A stretch of 64,000 bases of DNA from Candidatus Marinacidobacterales bacterium (GCA_965219415.1 CBDCNP010000002.1:3648001-3712000); one strand, 5' to 3'. Shown: positions 45,966 through 57,271, counted from the stretch's first letter. The notes: a model not told the origin generated them from the letters alone. Made by a program: numbers and translations.

Positions 45966-48900
45966 CTAGTCTTGTACCGCGTCGCGCAGTGCGAAGAGCT
46001 CCTTGAGATCGATCGTTGAAAGTTCGGTCAACCAACCTTCTCCGGCACGCACCACCAAACCCGCGAGCTCTTTCTTTTGTTCGATGAGCTCGTCGATTTT
46101 TTCTTCCACGGTGCCGGCACATATGAATTTGTGTACCGAAACCGATCGTGTCTGGCCGATTCGGAAAACGCGATCGGTTGCTTGGTTCTCGACGGCCGGG
46201 TTCCACCAGCGATCGAAATGAAACACGTGCCTCGCACGCGTGAGGTTCAAGCCGAATCCCCCCGCCTTGAGTGAAAGCACAAAGACACTTGGGCCCGGCT
46301 CTTCCTCTTGGAAGCGAGTAATCATTTCCTCACGCTTGCGCACGGGAACGGCGCCGTGAAGGAAGAGCACTTCGGTCGAGAGCGCTTCACGCAAATGCCG
46401 ATGCAACATGCGACCCATCTCAGCGAACTGAGTAAAGATGAGAGCTCGATCTCCCTCTGCCAACACTTCTTCCAGCATTTCAGTGATTCTGGTGAGCTTG
46501 CCAGAACGGCCATCGAGATCGCTATCGTCCCCGAGGTAATGGGTGGGATGGTTGCACACCTGCTTCAGTCGCGTGAGCGCAACGAGAACCTCGCCCTTAC
46601 GGCCCATGCCCTCGGAACGATCGATGCGACTCAGGCTCTCGCGCGCCACGGCCTCGTAGAGTGTCGCCTGCTCTCGAGTCAGGCTGCAGAAAACCTTCAT
46701 TTCGTTCTTCCGCGGTAGATCCTTGATGACCGTGGGGTCGGTCTTCACGCGGCGCAGCACGAAGGGTTGAACGAGACGGCGGAGCTCTTCGGTAGCCTCT
46801 GGATCGCGGTACCTCTCGATGGGCACCGCGAAACGTCGCTTGAAGGCAAGATGGGAGCCCAGGTACGTGGGGTTCAAAAACTCTATGATCGACCACAGCT
46901 CGGAAAGACGGTTCTCCACCGGCGTGCCGGTAAGAGCCACCCGGACCGGTGCGGCAAGGCGCTTCACCGACTTCGTCTGTTTAGCGGCGGGATTTTTTAT
47001 GTTTTGAGCCTCGTCCAAGACCAAACCATCCCACTGGACCGCGGAGAGGTGTTTTAGATCACGATGCACCAAGCTGTAGCTCGAGACCACCAAGTCGTGT
47101 CGGGCCGCTTGTCGGACGAAGGCGTCCCCTTCACGGCGCCCCAATCCATGATGAATCAATACTCGCAACGCCGGTGCGAATCTCTCCGCCTCCTTCCTCC
47201 AATTGCTCATTACCGAAGTGGGGCAGATCAGAAGGAACGGACGTTTCAGCTCGCCGGCTTTCCGGCGATGAAGGAGGAGCGCTAGCATCTGAATGGTTTT
47301 TCCGAGCCCCATATCATCTGCCAGGCACGCCCCGAAGCCCCACTTCCCCAGAAAAGAGAGCCAGGAAAGTCCGGTAACCTGATAAGGCCGAAGCTGTCCT
47401 TGGAAGTCCGCCGGCGGGTCGAGCGTGGGTAGAGACTCAGTGCCCCCAAGCCTTCCCAAGAGTGTTTCGACCCAGCCATCCGCCTCCAATCCACGGACCG
47501 GCAAGCCGTCTTCACCCCGGCCCAGTCCCAACTGCAGGACTTCTCGAAGCGGCATTACCGCCCGCGACGGTCGCGAGCCGATCACCTTCAGCGCTTCCGC
47601 GACGTGCTCCTCTTTGAGCTCTACCCATCGTCCGCGCAGGCGGACCAACGGCTGCTTGAGCGAGACGAGCTGGAGAAACTCCTCACGGTCCAAGCTCTCG
47701 TCACCGAGCGCGACTTGCCAATCGAACTCAACAAGTGCCTCGAGACCGAGAGAAGAGTCGACCCTTCCTGGATCCTCGGGTGCCGCCACGCGAAGCCTCA
47801 ATCCGAAACCCGCCTCCTGCTTCTCCCACCAGGACGGGACGAGAACGCCGAAGCCGCTTTCGCGCAACAGAAAAGCTGACTCGCGGAGAAAAAGATACGC
47901 TTCGTCCAAGTCCAAATCGCAATACTCGGGCCTAGATTCTTTCAAGCTATCTTCGATAGGTGAGAAAAGGACGGACGCGCGGCCGAGCGCTTCGAGAGTT
48001 CGTTCCTGTGGACGGTCCATCCGGCGTTGGAGGTAGCGCCAACTCCGCCCAGCATGTCGCCAAATTCGGCGCAACGGAATGAGGAGGCTCGGGTCGTCGA
48101 CCGCCTGCAGAAAAAACCGGAGCTTCCATCTTTCACCGGCCCCGGTACCTTCTCCTTCGGGTGGTTCGAGTCGGAAAGCGATCCGAAAAGGCGCTTCGGT
48201 CTCGTCCTCCAAAGACCTGCGCCACTCCGCCAACTCGAGCTCCAGCGAACGCCTCTCGTTTCCGGTCACGGAAAGGGCGCCCTCGGAATCCAGTAGGGCA
48301 GCCGCGAAGTGGGCACCTTGGGTATCGATGACACGAGGTCTCAGCCTCAGGCGGGATGCAGCCTGACGCACGAACACATTGACCGCGGTCGCCAGGAAAT
48401 CGTTCAACAAGTCGTCCGGCTCGACACCCTTGCTATTGGCTCGAGAGAAGGCGCGGCAAACCGGAGGCATCGTCGAGGCCAAAACTTCCACCCGCTCGTG
48501 CTCCTCATCCAGCAAAGGCTCCCAAAGAGCGCGGGCCCGCGAGTTCGAGCCGTCCACTCCGGGTAAGAATCTCTGGCGCGCGAGGAGCTCGAGTGTCATA
48601 CGCGCCGCAGTGGCCCAAAAACGTACATCCTGCCCTAGCCGTACGCGAACCGGGGTTCGATCGAGCTCGGCTGGGAGGCTCGCCAACCATCCGAGCGCGG
48701 TCATTGGCGTGAGTGATAGGCCAGGGATTCGCCATTTAGCCAAGCGTTTCGGGGAAGTGACTTCACGCTCGCCGACAATCAATTCTGGGGACGCCACCGG
48801 CTCTCGGTGAAGGGTGGGTAGAAGAAAGTCCGACTCGGCTCGTGAGAAGCTGGCGTCGGAACCGTTTTCCCCGAATGCCCCGAAGATCTCCTCTTCGATT

Positions 48901-49046
48901 TGCCGGCGAGGCGAATGAAACGGGTGAAGGGGTGCGCCATCGGTTTTGGTGCGACCGCGAGGAGACATGGGCGAACCGGTTTCGCCCCAGAGAAAGAACG
49001 CTCCTCCTCCAGATGATGGGATCCAAGTTCCGTGGGCGACAATCAC
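45966..49046 (-). CDS. SNF2 family DEAD/DEAH-type helicase
   Basis: LADDMGLGKT, DEAQ, TGTPVEN, DRWWNPAVENQATDRVFRIGQ. Confidence 0.95.
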   Translation of the reverse strand: MIVAHGTWIPSSGGGAFFLWGETGSPMSPRGRTKTDGAPLHPFHSPRRQIEEEIFGAFGENGSDASFSRAESDFLLPTLHREPVASPELIVGEREVTSPKRLAKWRIPGLSLTPMTALGWLASLPAELDRTPVRVRLGQDVRFWATAARMTLELLARQRFLPGVDGSNSRARALWEPLLDEEHERVEVLASTMPPVCRAFSRANSKGVEPDDLLNDFLATAVNVFVRQAASRLRLRPRVIDTQGAHFAAALLDSEGALSVTGNERRSLELELAEWRRSLEDETEAPFRIAFRLEPPEGEGTGAGERWKLRFFLQAVDDPSLLIPLRRIWRHAGRSWRYLQRRMDRPQERTLEALGRASVLFSPIEDSLKESRPEYCDLDLDEAYLFLRESAFLLRESGFGVLVPSWWEKQEAGFGLRLRVAAPEDPGRVDSSLGLEALVEFDWQVALGDESLDREEFLQLVSLKQPLVRLRGRWVELKEEHVAEALKVIGSRPSRAVMPLREVLQLGLGRGEDGLPVRGLEADGWVETLLGRLGGTESLPTLDPPADFQGQLRPYQVTGLSWLSFLGKWGFGACLADDMGLGKTIQMLALLLHRRKAGELKRPFLLICPTSVMSNWRKEAERFAPALRVLIHHGLGRREGDAFVRQAARHDLVVSSYSLVHRDLKHLSAVQWDGLVLDEAQNIKNPAAKQTKSVKRLAAPVRVALTGTPVENRLSELWSIIEFLNPTYLGSHLAFKRRFAVPIERYRDPEATEELRRLVQPFVLRRVKTDPTVIKDLPRKNEMKVFCSLTREQATLYEAVARESLSRIDRSEGMGRKGEVLVALTRLKQVCNHPTHYLGDDSDLDGRSGKLTRITEMLEEVLAEGDRALIFTQFAEMGRMLHRHLREALSTEVLFLHGAVPVRKREEMITRFQEEEPGPSVFVLSLKAGGFGLNLTRARHVFHFDRWWNPAVENQATDRVFRIGQTRSVSVHKFICAGTVEEKIDELIEQKKELAGLVVRAGEGWLTELSTIDLKELFALRDAVQD

Positions 49047-49268
49047 GTGATCTCGTTCTCAGAAAGCCGATGCGGCGTGTTCCGCCCAGGCGATCCCTCC
49101 AGTTTAGCACGAGGCGACCGAGCCCAAGCCTCCGAAACAAGTGCCACCCTTTTGGTGAAAAAGAGGGCCGACTCTCTAACTCATTGATTCTAATTGGTAT
49201 TCAGGCAGGGAGGTTGGCGGATAGTGCAGTTTGGAGCTATCCGGTCTCGGCTGGAAATCCTGAAAAAC

Positions 49269-49397
49269 GGGTGCTTCCGCAGTCAAGTGTTGGCAGCCGC
49301 CGCGTAACCTGTTCGCGTGCTAGAGTTTTAGCCTGATTTCGAGAGGCGCAGTTCTTTCGTCGATGCCGGCTGGGCCGAGTTTTGGCACAGGACGGGG
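49269..49397. repeat. 129-bp direct repeat, copy 1 (probable IS end)
   Basis: Matches 50453-50581 with 2 substitutions. Confidence 0.9.
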
Positions 49398-49399
49398 TG

Positions 49400-49590
49400 T
49401 TTCCCGTCGGACGAAATCCTGGATCTCCAGACGTGCGAAGAGCGACTTTCTCGAGAGCTAGCTCGGGACGAGCCTTGAGGGAGGAGATGAGAGCGCGAAC
49501 AAACGACGAAATCATGCAGGCATGATGCCGGTAGACTGGAGACTAATCAAGTTCGGGGCGCGCGGATGAATAAATAGAAGGCACAGGCCA
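49400..49590 (-). pseudogene. 5' remnant of an integrase-core-type transposase
   Basis: MISSFVRALISSLKARPELALEKVALR resembles the LxxENxALRxQL N-terminus; preceded by a CTGTGCC...TTCATC end. Confidence 0.5.
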
Positions 49591-49605
49591 AGAGCGGACA
49601 ATTCC

Positions 49606-50289
49606 GTGAATTTTAAGATTCCCCCAAACATGGCTGGACGGAAAACTAAACTCACCCCCGAGCGCCAAGAGAAGATCCTCAGGTGCGTTCGAGCAGGGAT
49701 GAGCTATAAGGATGCAGCGCAGTCCGCTGGCATAACCCCAGAGACACTTTGCAGGTGGCTCGCACGTGGGAAGGTAGAGAGCGGCCTATTTCATGAATTT
49801 CACGAGTCCGTCCAGGAGGCCCTGGCACACTTCGAATGGGTTCACCTCGAGAATATCGAGCGGAGCGCCCTCGAGCGGAGCGCCCTCGAGGAGAGCAAGA
49901 TTATCCGGCAGACGGTGAAATACAAGGGCGGCGAAATCCTAAACGGCCAGTCGAAAGACGGGAAGGTCAAGTACGCTACGATCGTGTCGAAGTTTCGCCC
50001 GCCGAACTGCGAGGCTTCGATGTGGCTGCTCGCGCGGCGGTTCCCCGAGAGGTGGGGGCCACAAGCAAAAGGAGCAGCTCACGAAGGAAAGGCTCCCGAT
50101 AGACAAGCCACTGTCATATTCTACAAACTGGATAAAAATGGACGTGTATGCGACTTGGTGCTCCCCTCCGATCCTCACTTTAGTAGCGAAATGCTGAAAG
50201 CACCCGATTTTCTGCGGAGTATTCAGAAGGCGCTATTGGCGGCGGGTCATCCAGTAGACGAGTTTGGGCATCCGCGTCCGACTGCATAG
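49606..50289 (+). CDS. HTH protein resembling phage terminase small subunits
   Basis: GRKTKLTPE...AAQSAGITPETLCRWLARG...ASMWLLARRFPERWG. Confidence 0.55.
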   Translation: MNFKIPPNMAGRKTKLTPERQEKILRCVRAGMSYKDAAQSAGITPETLCRWLARGKVESGLFHEFHESVQEALAHFEWVHLENIERSALERSALEESKIIRQTVKYKGGEILNGQSKDGKVKYATIVSKFRPPNCEASMWLLARRFPERWGPQAKGAAHEGKAPDRQATVIFYKLDKNGRVCDLVLPSDPHFSSEMLKAPDFLRSIQKALLAAGHPVDEFGHPRPTA

Positions 50290-50452
50290 AGTCCGTGTCC
50301 GCCCCGCCTATCGCGGAGCACCCGTGGCCGAATCACGGCGGAGGACAACGATGGAGCCTGACCAGAAGCCCGCTGCGCTGGACGGTTCCCCCGCTGATGC
50401 TCAGGGTGCCGACCACAATTAATGATGAAGGTCACGCAACCGATGCACCGAT

Positions 50453-50581
50453 GGGTGCTTCCGCAGTCAAGTGTTGGCGGCCGCCGCGTAACCTGTTCGC
50501 GTGCTAGAGTTTTAGCCTGATTTCGAGAGGCGCAGTTCTTTCGTCAATGCCGGCTGGGCCGAGTTTTGGCACAGGACGGGG
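50453..50581. repeat. 129-bp direct repeat, copy 2
   Basis: Matches 49269-49397. Confidence 0.9.
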
Positions 50582-50599
50582 GACCAGGCAATGAATGGT

Positions 50600-51063
50600 C
50601 CTATCGAACGCGCGACCAATATGGATTTTGCAGAGCTATTGTCTCGCGAGCTTTGGAGCAAGCTTGGTGCCGAGAGAGATGCATACGTATTACTAGATGG
50701 TTTTCAAAACGCCTATACCGACCCTGGTCTAAATACAACTCTCCGCGATTTGGGACGATTCTCTCAGATGTTGCAAAATGGGATCTATAACGGTGAGCGA
50801 ATCGTACCGGAGGAATGGATTCAGGATTTTAGGCGCAATGGTGATCAAAATGCTTGGAAGAACAATCCTAACTTTATCAAGACGAAGGGGAAGGCACTCC
50901 GGGATACAAGAACGGTTCCTACCGCAGCTATTGGTACGTGACAAATCCGGAAATCGGCCGCTACGCAGCACGAGGTTTAGCTGGTCAGCTAATTGTGATT
51001 GATCCGTCCGCCAATGTGGTGATCGTAAAGTTCAGTTCTAATCCTGCTTCCGGGCGGCGATAG
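50600..51063 (+). pseudogene. serine hydrolase (beta-lactamase/NylB-like), C-terminal fragment
   Basis: LWSKLGAERDA, TLRDLGRF, YRSYWY, RGLAGQLIVIDP..VVIVKFSS; frameshifted, lower GC. Confidence 0.75.
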
Positions 51064-51126
51064 TGGCGCGGTTGTGTCTGCTGCTACAGTTGCAATAATT
51101 GAGACAATTTCTGAATAGAGATTGAC

Positions 51127-52158
51127 TTAGTCATCGATGGCGGTCGGGTCGGCGTTCGACTCGGCCGGGCCGTAAGCGAGGCCTTCCGCTTGCATCGCCT
51201 GGCGGTAGGCAACGGCCAGGGCGTCGAATTTCAAGTGGAGCTCACTCGCGAGATCGAAAGGCACTTGCTCGGGACGCTGCGACTCCACGATGCGCTGGTC
51301 TTGCCCAAAGATCGTGACTTCGAATTCCTGGAGCACGCTGTCGGGCTGCTCGAGATCGTAGTTCCGGCCGATGATGCAATAGCCCCGACAGTGGTTGGCT
51401 CGAATGGGTTGTGATGCGAAGAAGTAGACCATCCCCTTCTCCCCACCCCAACCGAGCCAAAGCACGATGGTGTAAGGAAGGTGGAGCTCGTAGCGGCTGA
51501 TGCGGTCCGGCGCTTGGGCTTGCTCGTTTCCAAACACGGGAAACTCCCCCGTGTTGGGAGCCTCGGGCCGGGTCACCTTGTAGTGCAGGACGTGCCCCTT
51601 TGTATCCACGGTGTAATCGGGAACGACCGGTCGCTCGATATCGCCCAGCAAACCCGGATGCACCCAAGGGAAGTGTCCAAAGTCGGTGAAGTTCTCGACC
51701 TGCCGCGATGCATCAGCCTTCCACGTGAAGGGACCGGTGTTCACGATTTTCCAGTTGCCGTCTTCGAGCTCGGGAACGTCCGGAAGCTGGTAGGCGGGCT
51801 CGTGAAGCGCAACCCACACCAGACCGTAGCGCTCCTGACAACGGTACGCCGGCACCCGCGCCTTTTTGGGAACGGTCGGGTTCTCCGTTTGCGGGATACG
51901 CACGCATGCGCCGGTCCGGTCGTAGCGCCAACCGTGGTAAGCGCAGACCAAGTTCCCCGCGTCGAGCGAGCCGAGCGAAAGCGCCGTGCCTCGATGAATG
52001 CAGACGTCTTTCATCGCCACCGGGCCTTCGTCTCTCGTGCGCCACAGGACGATGGGCTCGTCGAGAAGGGTCACGCCCAGCGGCTCATCGAATGAAAGCG
52101 AATCGCTGTAAGCAACGGGATGCCAACAACGTTCGACTTTGTCCGAAATGGAGCTCAT
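51127..52158 (-). CDS. Rieske non-heme iron oxygenase (VanA/demethylase-like alpha subunit)
   Basis: CIHRG...CAYHGW Rieske motif; ENFTDFGHFPWVH mononuclear Fe motif. Confidence 0.9.
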   Translation of the reverse strand: MSSISDKVERCWHPVAYSDSLSFDEPLGVTLLDEPIVLWRTRDEGPVAMKDVCIHRGTALSLGSLDAGNLVCAYHGWRYDRTGACVRIPQTENPTVPKKARVPAYRCQERYGLVWVALHEPAYQLPDVPELEDGNWKIVNTGPFTWKADASRQVENFTDFGHFPWVHPGLLGDIERPVVPDYTVDTKGHVLHYKVTRPEAPNTGEFPVFGNEQAQAPDRISRYELHLPYTIVLWLGWGGEKGMVYFFASQPIRANHCRGYCIIGRNYDLEQPDSVLQEFEVTIFGQDQRIVESQRPEQVPFDLASELHLKFDALAVAYRQAMQAEGLAYGPAESNADPTAIDD

Positions 52159-52211
52159 ATCTTCCACGAGCGAATGTACCTCATCGCGATTCCGCGACGC
52201 AAGGAGCGATT

Positions 52212-53522
52212 GTGAAAGCTGGCTCGGCGAGGATAGGATGTCTTCGTTGGAGGAGTCGCTTCTTGAAGAATCAAGCTTTGCTCGTGCTGCTTCTGACGCC
52301 AGTTTTCTCTTTCAACGGTCTCGCCGAAATCTACGACCTCGGTGGCATGTACACCTACCACTACCATGATGGTCGTTACGCCGACTGGGGGGATTTCGAG
52401 CTGCACGGGGCGCGCATTGCCATCCAGGAAATCAACGAATCCGGCATTCTTGGTGAAGATCGTATTCGCATGACGGACGAGAACACCATCGACTACCACT
52501 GCTGGCCGGAGAACGCGGCTCTCATGGCGGAGACGCTCATGAAGAAAGGCATTCTCGTTCTGACGGGCGCGGATTGTAGTGGCCCCGCCGTCGAAATTGC
52601 GAAAGTCGGTGCGAAGTACGAAATTCCCGTCATCTCGAACGGCGCCAACGCATCGATGCTCTCGTCGGCAGACGAGTTTCCTTACTTCGTACGCGTGGTA
52701 ACGCCGAGCGAGCGGTATGAAGGCTATCTTATCGATGCGGTGGCGCATTTCGGCGTCGAGGAGATTGCGTACTTCTACACGACCGACGCGTGGGGCCTGG
52801 GAGCCAGAAACGTCATCCACGAATATACGGAGCAAAGAGATATTAACATCGCTCAGGAATACGGCTATCCGCGCGACACAGCTTTCGAAGAAATCAGATC
52901 GTATATGGAGAAAGTCAAGCAGGCTGGGATCAAGCACATCGTCAACACCAGCCCCACACCAGACACGGTGACGATGTTTCGCGCACTACACGAGCTGGGG
53001 ATGAACGAGCCTGGCTATTCCTTTTATGCTGCCGAGATGATCTCAGCGGACGAGGCGCCTGAGGCCGTCCTTGGCAGCCTCGGCTATTTCGCTCCCATGG
53101 CCGAGCTGGTGCCTTCGCCAAAGTTTTCTCGATTCAAGAGCGCACTCGAAAAACGTCTCGGCAGGGCTGTCGACGCGTCCTCCAAAGCTTTTTTCTACGG
53201 AGCCTTGAGCTACGACCACATGCTGGCGGTGGGCTACGCTATCCGGGATATCAAAGACGCCGGCGAAGACGTGACCAGCCAGAACATGATGAAGTACTTG
53301 CGAAAAATGGATTTCGACGGCGCGACCGGACACGTCTCGCTCGTTCCCGGCACCAATGACCGAGCCAACATGCCCGTTCAGATATTCAACAGTCACGGCT
53401 ACAAGTCCGATGGCAAGACCGTCGACTTCGTTTCCGTGGGAAGCGTGGATCCGGCGACCGGTCGACTGACGATGGACGAAAGCGCCATTGTTTGGCCAGG
53501 CAACGTCACAACTCCGCCCTAA
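52212..53522 (+). CDS. type 1 periplasmic ligand-binding protein (ANF-receptor-like)
   Basis: Signal peptide; AIQEIN, GADCSG, IPVIS, LSSADEFPYFVRVV, YDHML, FDGATGHV. Confidence 0.75.
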   Translation: MKAGSARIGCLRWRSRFLKNQALLVLLLTPVFSFNGLAEIYDLGGMYTYHYHDGRYADWGDFELHGARIAIQEINESGILGEDRIRMTDENTIDYHCWPENAALMAETLMKKGILVLTGADCSGPAVEIAKVGAKYEIPVISNGANASMLSSADEFPYFVRVVTPSERYEGYLIDAVAHFGVEEIAYFYTTDAWGLGARNVIHEYTEQRDINIAQEYGYPRDTAFEEIRSYMEKVKQAGIKHIVNTSPTPDTVTMFRALHELGMNEPGYSFYAAEMISADEAPEAVLGSLGYFAPMAELVPSPKFSRFKSALEKRLGRAVDASSKAFFYGALSYDHMLAVGYAIRDIKDAGEDVTSQNMMKYLRKMDFDGATGHVSLVPGTNDRANMPVQIFNSHGYKSDGKTVDFVSVGSVDPATGRLTMDESAIVWPGNVTTPP

Positions 53523-53685
53523 CAATAGTCGCGTCGTCGCCCAAGCTTCAGAAAAGAAGCGCCGAGACGTAGAGCGAAGCCGTTGCACAGAAAGCGTGCG
53601 GTGCATACAATCCCCGATGGAAATCGGTAAAAACCCCTATCCTTTAATTGAGAGTGCGAAGCAATCAAGACGTTGGAGCTACGTG

Positions 53686-55302
53686 ATGCTTGAATCCATC
53701 GCCGGCAGCCCGCAAACGCCGGAATACGATGTGTTGATCCGAGGTGGCACCCTCATCGACGGCACGGGTCAACCCGGGGTCATCGGCGATCTCGCCATCA
53801 AGGGAGACCGAATCATCGCAATCGGTGACGTCGACGGAGAGGGCGCGCTGACGATTGACGCCGGCGGGTTGATCGTCGCTCCCGGCTTTACCGATTCGCA
53901 CTGCCATTCCGAGTCGGGACGCATCAAGCACGGCGGACACGGGCCGTCGTTTGCTTACCAGGGTTTCACCACCGAGGTGTACGGGGAGACGACGTCTATG
54001 GGCCCGCTGGGCGGCAAGATGGAGATGGCGTTGCTGGACATCATGATGCCGGAAGGCCTCGAGACCGAGTGGACGACGTTCGGAGGATTCCTCGACTTCA
54101 TGGAAGACCAAGGTATCTCCATCAACGTAGTTTCCTACGTCGGCTCGGGGGGCGTGCGCGCCTACGCCATGGGTTACGACGACCGAGCTCCCAGCGAAGA
54201 GGAGCTGGCGGAGATGAAGGCACTCATAAGGCAGGCGATGGAGGAAGGCGCCTTTGGTGTGTCCAGTGGTATGAGCTACGTCCCCAACATTTATATGTCC
54301 ACTGACGAGCTCGTGGAGCTTGTCGGCGAGGCTGCGCCCTATGGGGGCATTTACGCGAACCACTGTCGCGCGATGAACGGCACCGATCCGAATGCCATCC
54401 GGGAGGCCATCGAGATCGGAGAAAGAGCGGGTACGCCGGTTCATTTTTTTCATCTCAACTCGACGGCTTCCACACGCGCAGATGAGTACCTGGCCATCAT
54501 CGATGAGGCACGGGAGCGCGGGCTCGACGTCACCGGAGATAGCTATACCTACACGTGGGGAATCACACCCCTTTTCTCATACATCCCGGCCTGGGCCCAG
54601 GAGGATGGCCGGGAAGCCATGCTGGCGCGGCTCCGCGACCCAGAGCATCGGAAACGGATCGCTGCGGGATTCGTTGACGAGCCTCCCTACCTTGCCAACA
54701 TCGGCTGGCACCATATTCGCCTCGGGGTTCGTGATCCCGAAATCAATGGAAAGCTGGTCTCGGAAGTGGCCGAGATGCGGAAGCAGCCGCCGGAAGAAGT
54801 TTTCATGGATGTCGCGCTGGAGCAAAACGGCGAGGGGATGGTCATTGATTGGAACAACGAGGAAGAGACGCTACGCCAGGTGCTCGTCCAATCTTACGTG
54901 AGCGGAGGCACGGACGGGGGAGCCCTCGATCTGGAATGGGACGATCTCGATCCGCTGGTGCATCCCCGGCACATGGGCACGGTGCCCCGCTGGCTGGGAA
55001 CTTATGTGCGGGAGGAGAAGCTGATGACGTGGGAAGAAGCGATACGAAAGCTCGCCGCGCTTCCCGCCGAGATTCTTGGGATCGAGGACCGAGGCCTTCT
55101 AAAAGAGGGGAACTTCGCCGACGTCGTGGTCTTCGACCCGGAGACGATCGCCGACAAGGCCACGTTCGAGGATCCGTTTCACTATTCCGTTGGCATGCTC
55201 CATGTGTTCGTCAATGGTGAGGCGATCGTTAAAGATGGCCAATACACAGCAGCGTTGCCCGGACGGGCCTTGCGCGGCCCGGGCTACAAGAAGACGAGCT
55301 GA
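53686..55302 (+). CDS. N-acyl-D-amino-acid deacylase family amidohydrolase
   Basis: DVLIRGGTLIDGTG, PGFTDSHCH, HPRHMGT, ADVVVFDP. Confidence 0.88.
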   Translation: MLESIAGSPQTPEYDVLIRGGTLIDGTGQPGVIGDLAIKGDRIIAIGDVDGEGALTIDAGGLIVAPGFTDSHCHSESGRIKHGGHGPSFAYQGFTTEVYGETTSMGPLGGKMEMALLDIMMPEGLETEWTTFGGFLDFMEDQGISINVVSYVGSGGVRAYAMGYDDRAPSEEELAEMKALIRQAMEEGAFGVSSGMSYVPNIYMSTDELVELVGEAAPYGGIYANHCRAMNGTDPNAIREAIEIGERAGTPVHFFHLNSTASTRADEYLAIIDEARERGLDVTGDSYTYTWGITPLFSYIPAWAQEDGREAMLARLRDPEHRKRIAAGFVDEPPYLANIGWHHIRLGVRDPEINGKLVSEVAEMRKQPPEEVFMDVALEQNGEGMVIDWNNEEETLRQVLVQSYVSGGTDGGALDLEWDDLDPLVHPRHMGTVPRWLGTYVREEKLMTWEEAIRKLAALPAEILGIEDRGLLKEGNFADVVVFDPETIADKATFEDPFHYSVGMLHVFVNGEAIVKDGQYTAALPGRALRGPGYKKTS

Positions 55303-55334
55303 GCCATAGTTCTGATAGAAGAGGGAGAAGACCG

Positions 55335-57261
55335 ATGAGAGAAAGAGTAAGACCCTTGATGCTGGTGGTGCTGTTTCTCCTTTTGTGCACGGCGGGCACG
55401 GCGCTGGGGGCGGCCGAGCTGACTCCCGAGCAGGCCATCCAGGTGCGTCGTGTGTCGGATCTGCAGTTGTCGCCTGATGGCAGCCGGGTGGCCTTCGTGG
55501 TGACCGAGCCGCCAGTGGGGGACCGGGAGAACCGGGACATTTACGTATTAGAGGTGGCAGCCAATCAGGTGCGGCGCTTCACCACCTCGCCGAAGCCGGA
55601 CCGTTCGCCGCGGTGGTCGCCGGACGGGAAGACGCTGGCGTTTCTCTCCAACCGCGAGGAGACGACGCAGATTCATCTTTTGCCTTTGTCGGGGGGCGAG
55701 GCGCGGGCATTGACGACGGGCAAGAGCGGGGTGGAGAACTTCGAGTGGTCGCCGGACGGGAAGAAGATTACTTTTATCGCTCCCGAGGCGAAGACCGAGG
55801 AGGAGGAGAAGCGGGAGAAGGAGAAGGACGATGCCTACGTGGTCGAGCGGTCGGAGAAGCGACCGCAGCTTGGGGTGATCGAGGTCGAGACGGGGGCGGT
55901 TAAGCAGTTGACGCGCGGGAGGTGGGCTGTTGGGAGTCCGGCGTGGCTGCCGGGAAACCGGTTGTTGGTGATCGCGACGGATCATCCCCACTGGGATTTG
56001 GAGACGGAGAAGCTCTATTCGATTTTGGCCGACGGCGGGCAGATGACGGTGATGGCCAGTCCGCGCCACTCTTTTAGGCGTTTGCAGGTTTCCCCCGACG
56101 GGCAAAGCGTCGCCTATATAGGGGCGCGCAACGATGGGTTCGATGCTCATGATCTTCACCTCCAGCCTCTTTCTGGTGGGCCCGCCCGGAATCTGACCGG
56201 TGCTTCGATCGATCGGCCCATCAGTGCGTTCCAGTGGCGCAAGGACGGGAGTCTTCTGGTGTTGGCGCAGACGGGGTTTTCGACGACCTTCTATAGCGTT
56301 AGCAAAGAAGGGCGGGCGCGCAAGGGGGAAACGCTTGAGGTGCAACCGGGCAGTTTTGTGGAGGGGGCTGATTTCCTGGCCTTTGCGGGGGAGACGGCCA
56401 CCCGGCTGCCTGAGTTGTGGCTCTCGCGGCGCGGGGATCCGGCGGAGAAGGTGACCTCCTTCAACAAGGAGTGGGACGCCATTACGTTGGTGAAGCCGGA
56501 GATCATCCGGTATCCCAGTTTTGATGGGACACAGATCGAGGCGGCGCTCTACAAGCCTGCGGGGTACCGGGAAGGCACCCGCGTGCCTCTGGTGGTGCTG
56601 GTTCATGGCGGCCCCACACATCCCGTTTCTACGACTGGGCGCAGCTCCTGGCGGGACGAGGCTTTGCGGTGATCACCCCCAACATTAGGGGTTCAACCGG
56701 TTATGGTCACGAATTCGTTCTCTTGAACCGCTTTGAGTGGGGCGGGGGCGACTACAAGGATGTCATGGCCGGGGTTGATTACCTGATTGAGACAGGGATT
56801 GCCGATGCGGAGCGTCTGGGAGTTGGTGGTTGGTCTTACGGAGGCTTCATGGGGGCCTGGGCGGTGACGCGCAGACTGACCGCTTCAAGGCCAGCGTCTC
56901 CGGCGCGCCGATGACCGACCTGGCCAGCGAATTCGGCACCGAGGACTCTGGGACCAATCCGCTTGACACGTGGAACCTCGGCACCCCCTATGAAAATCTG
57001 GATCTCTTTGTCCAATTCTCCCCCGTGACCTTTGTTAAAAACGCTAAGACTCCTACGTTGCTCCTGTGTTGTGAGAAGGATACCATCGACCCGATTGGCC
57101 AGTGCCAGCAGTTTTATCGAGGGTTGAAGCGCTACGGTGTGGAAACCGAGTTTGTGGTGTACCCGCGCGAGCCCCACGGACCTCGGGAGGAGAAGCACCG
57201 AATCGATGTGCTGAAGCGGATGCTCCACTGGTTTGAAAAGATCCAGGGCTCGCCCAGTTAG
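55335..57261 (+). pseudogene. S9 family peptidase with PD40 propeller, frameshifts ~56620 and ~56870
   Basis: WSPDG repeats, VHGGP, PNIRGSTGYG, GWSYGG, YPREPH spread over three frames. Confidence 0.88.
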
Positions 57262-57271
57262 GTCACTTCCG

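Noticed and set aside
45141-49046. SWIM + SNF2 pair as a novel defence system
   Set aside because: This pairing is widespread and already described; no nuclease or methylase partner is present.
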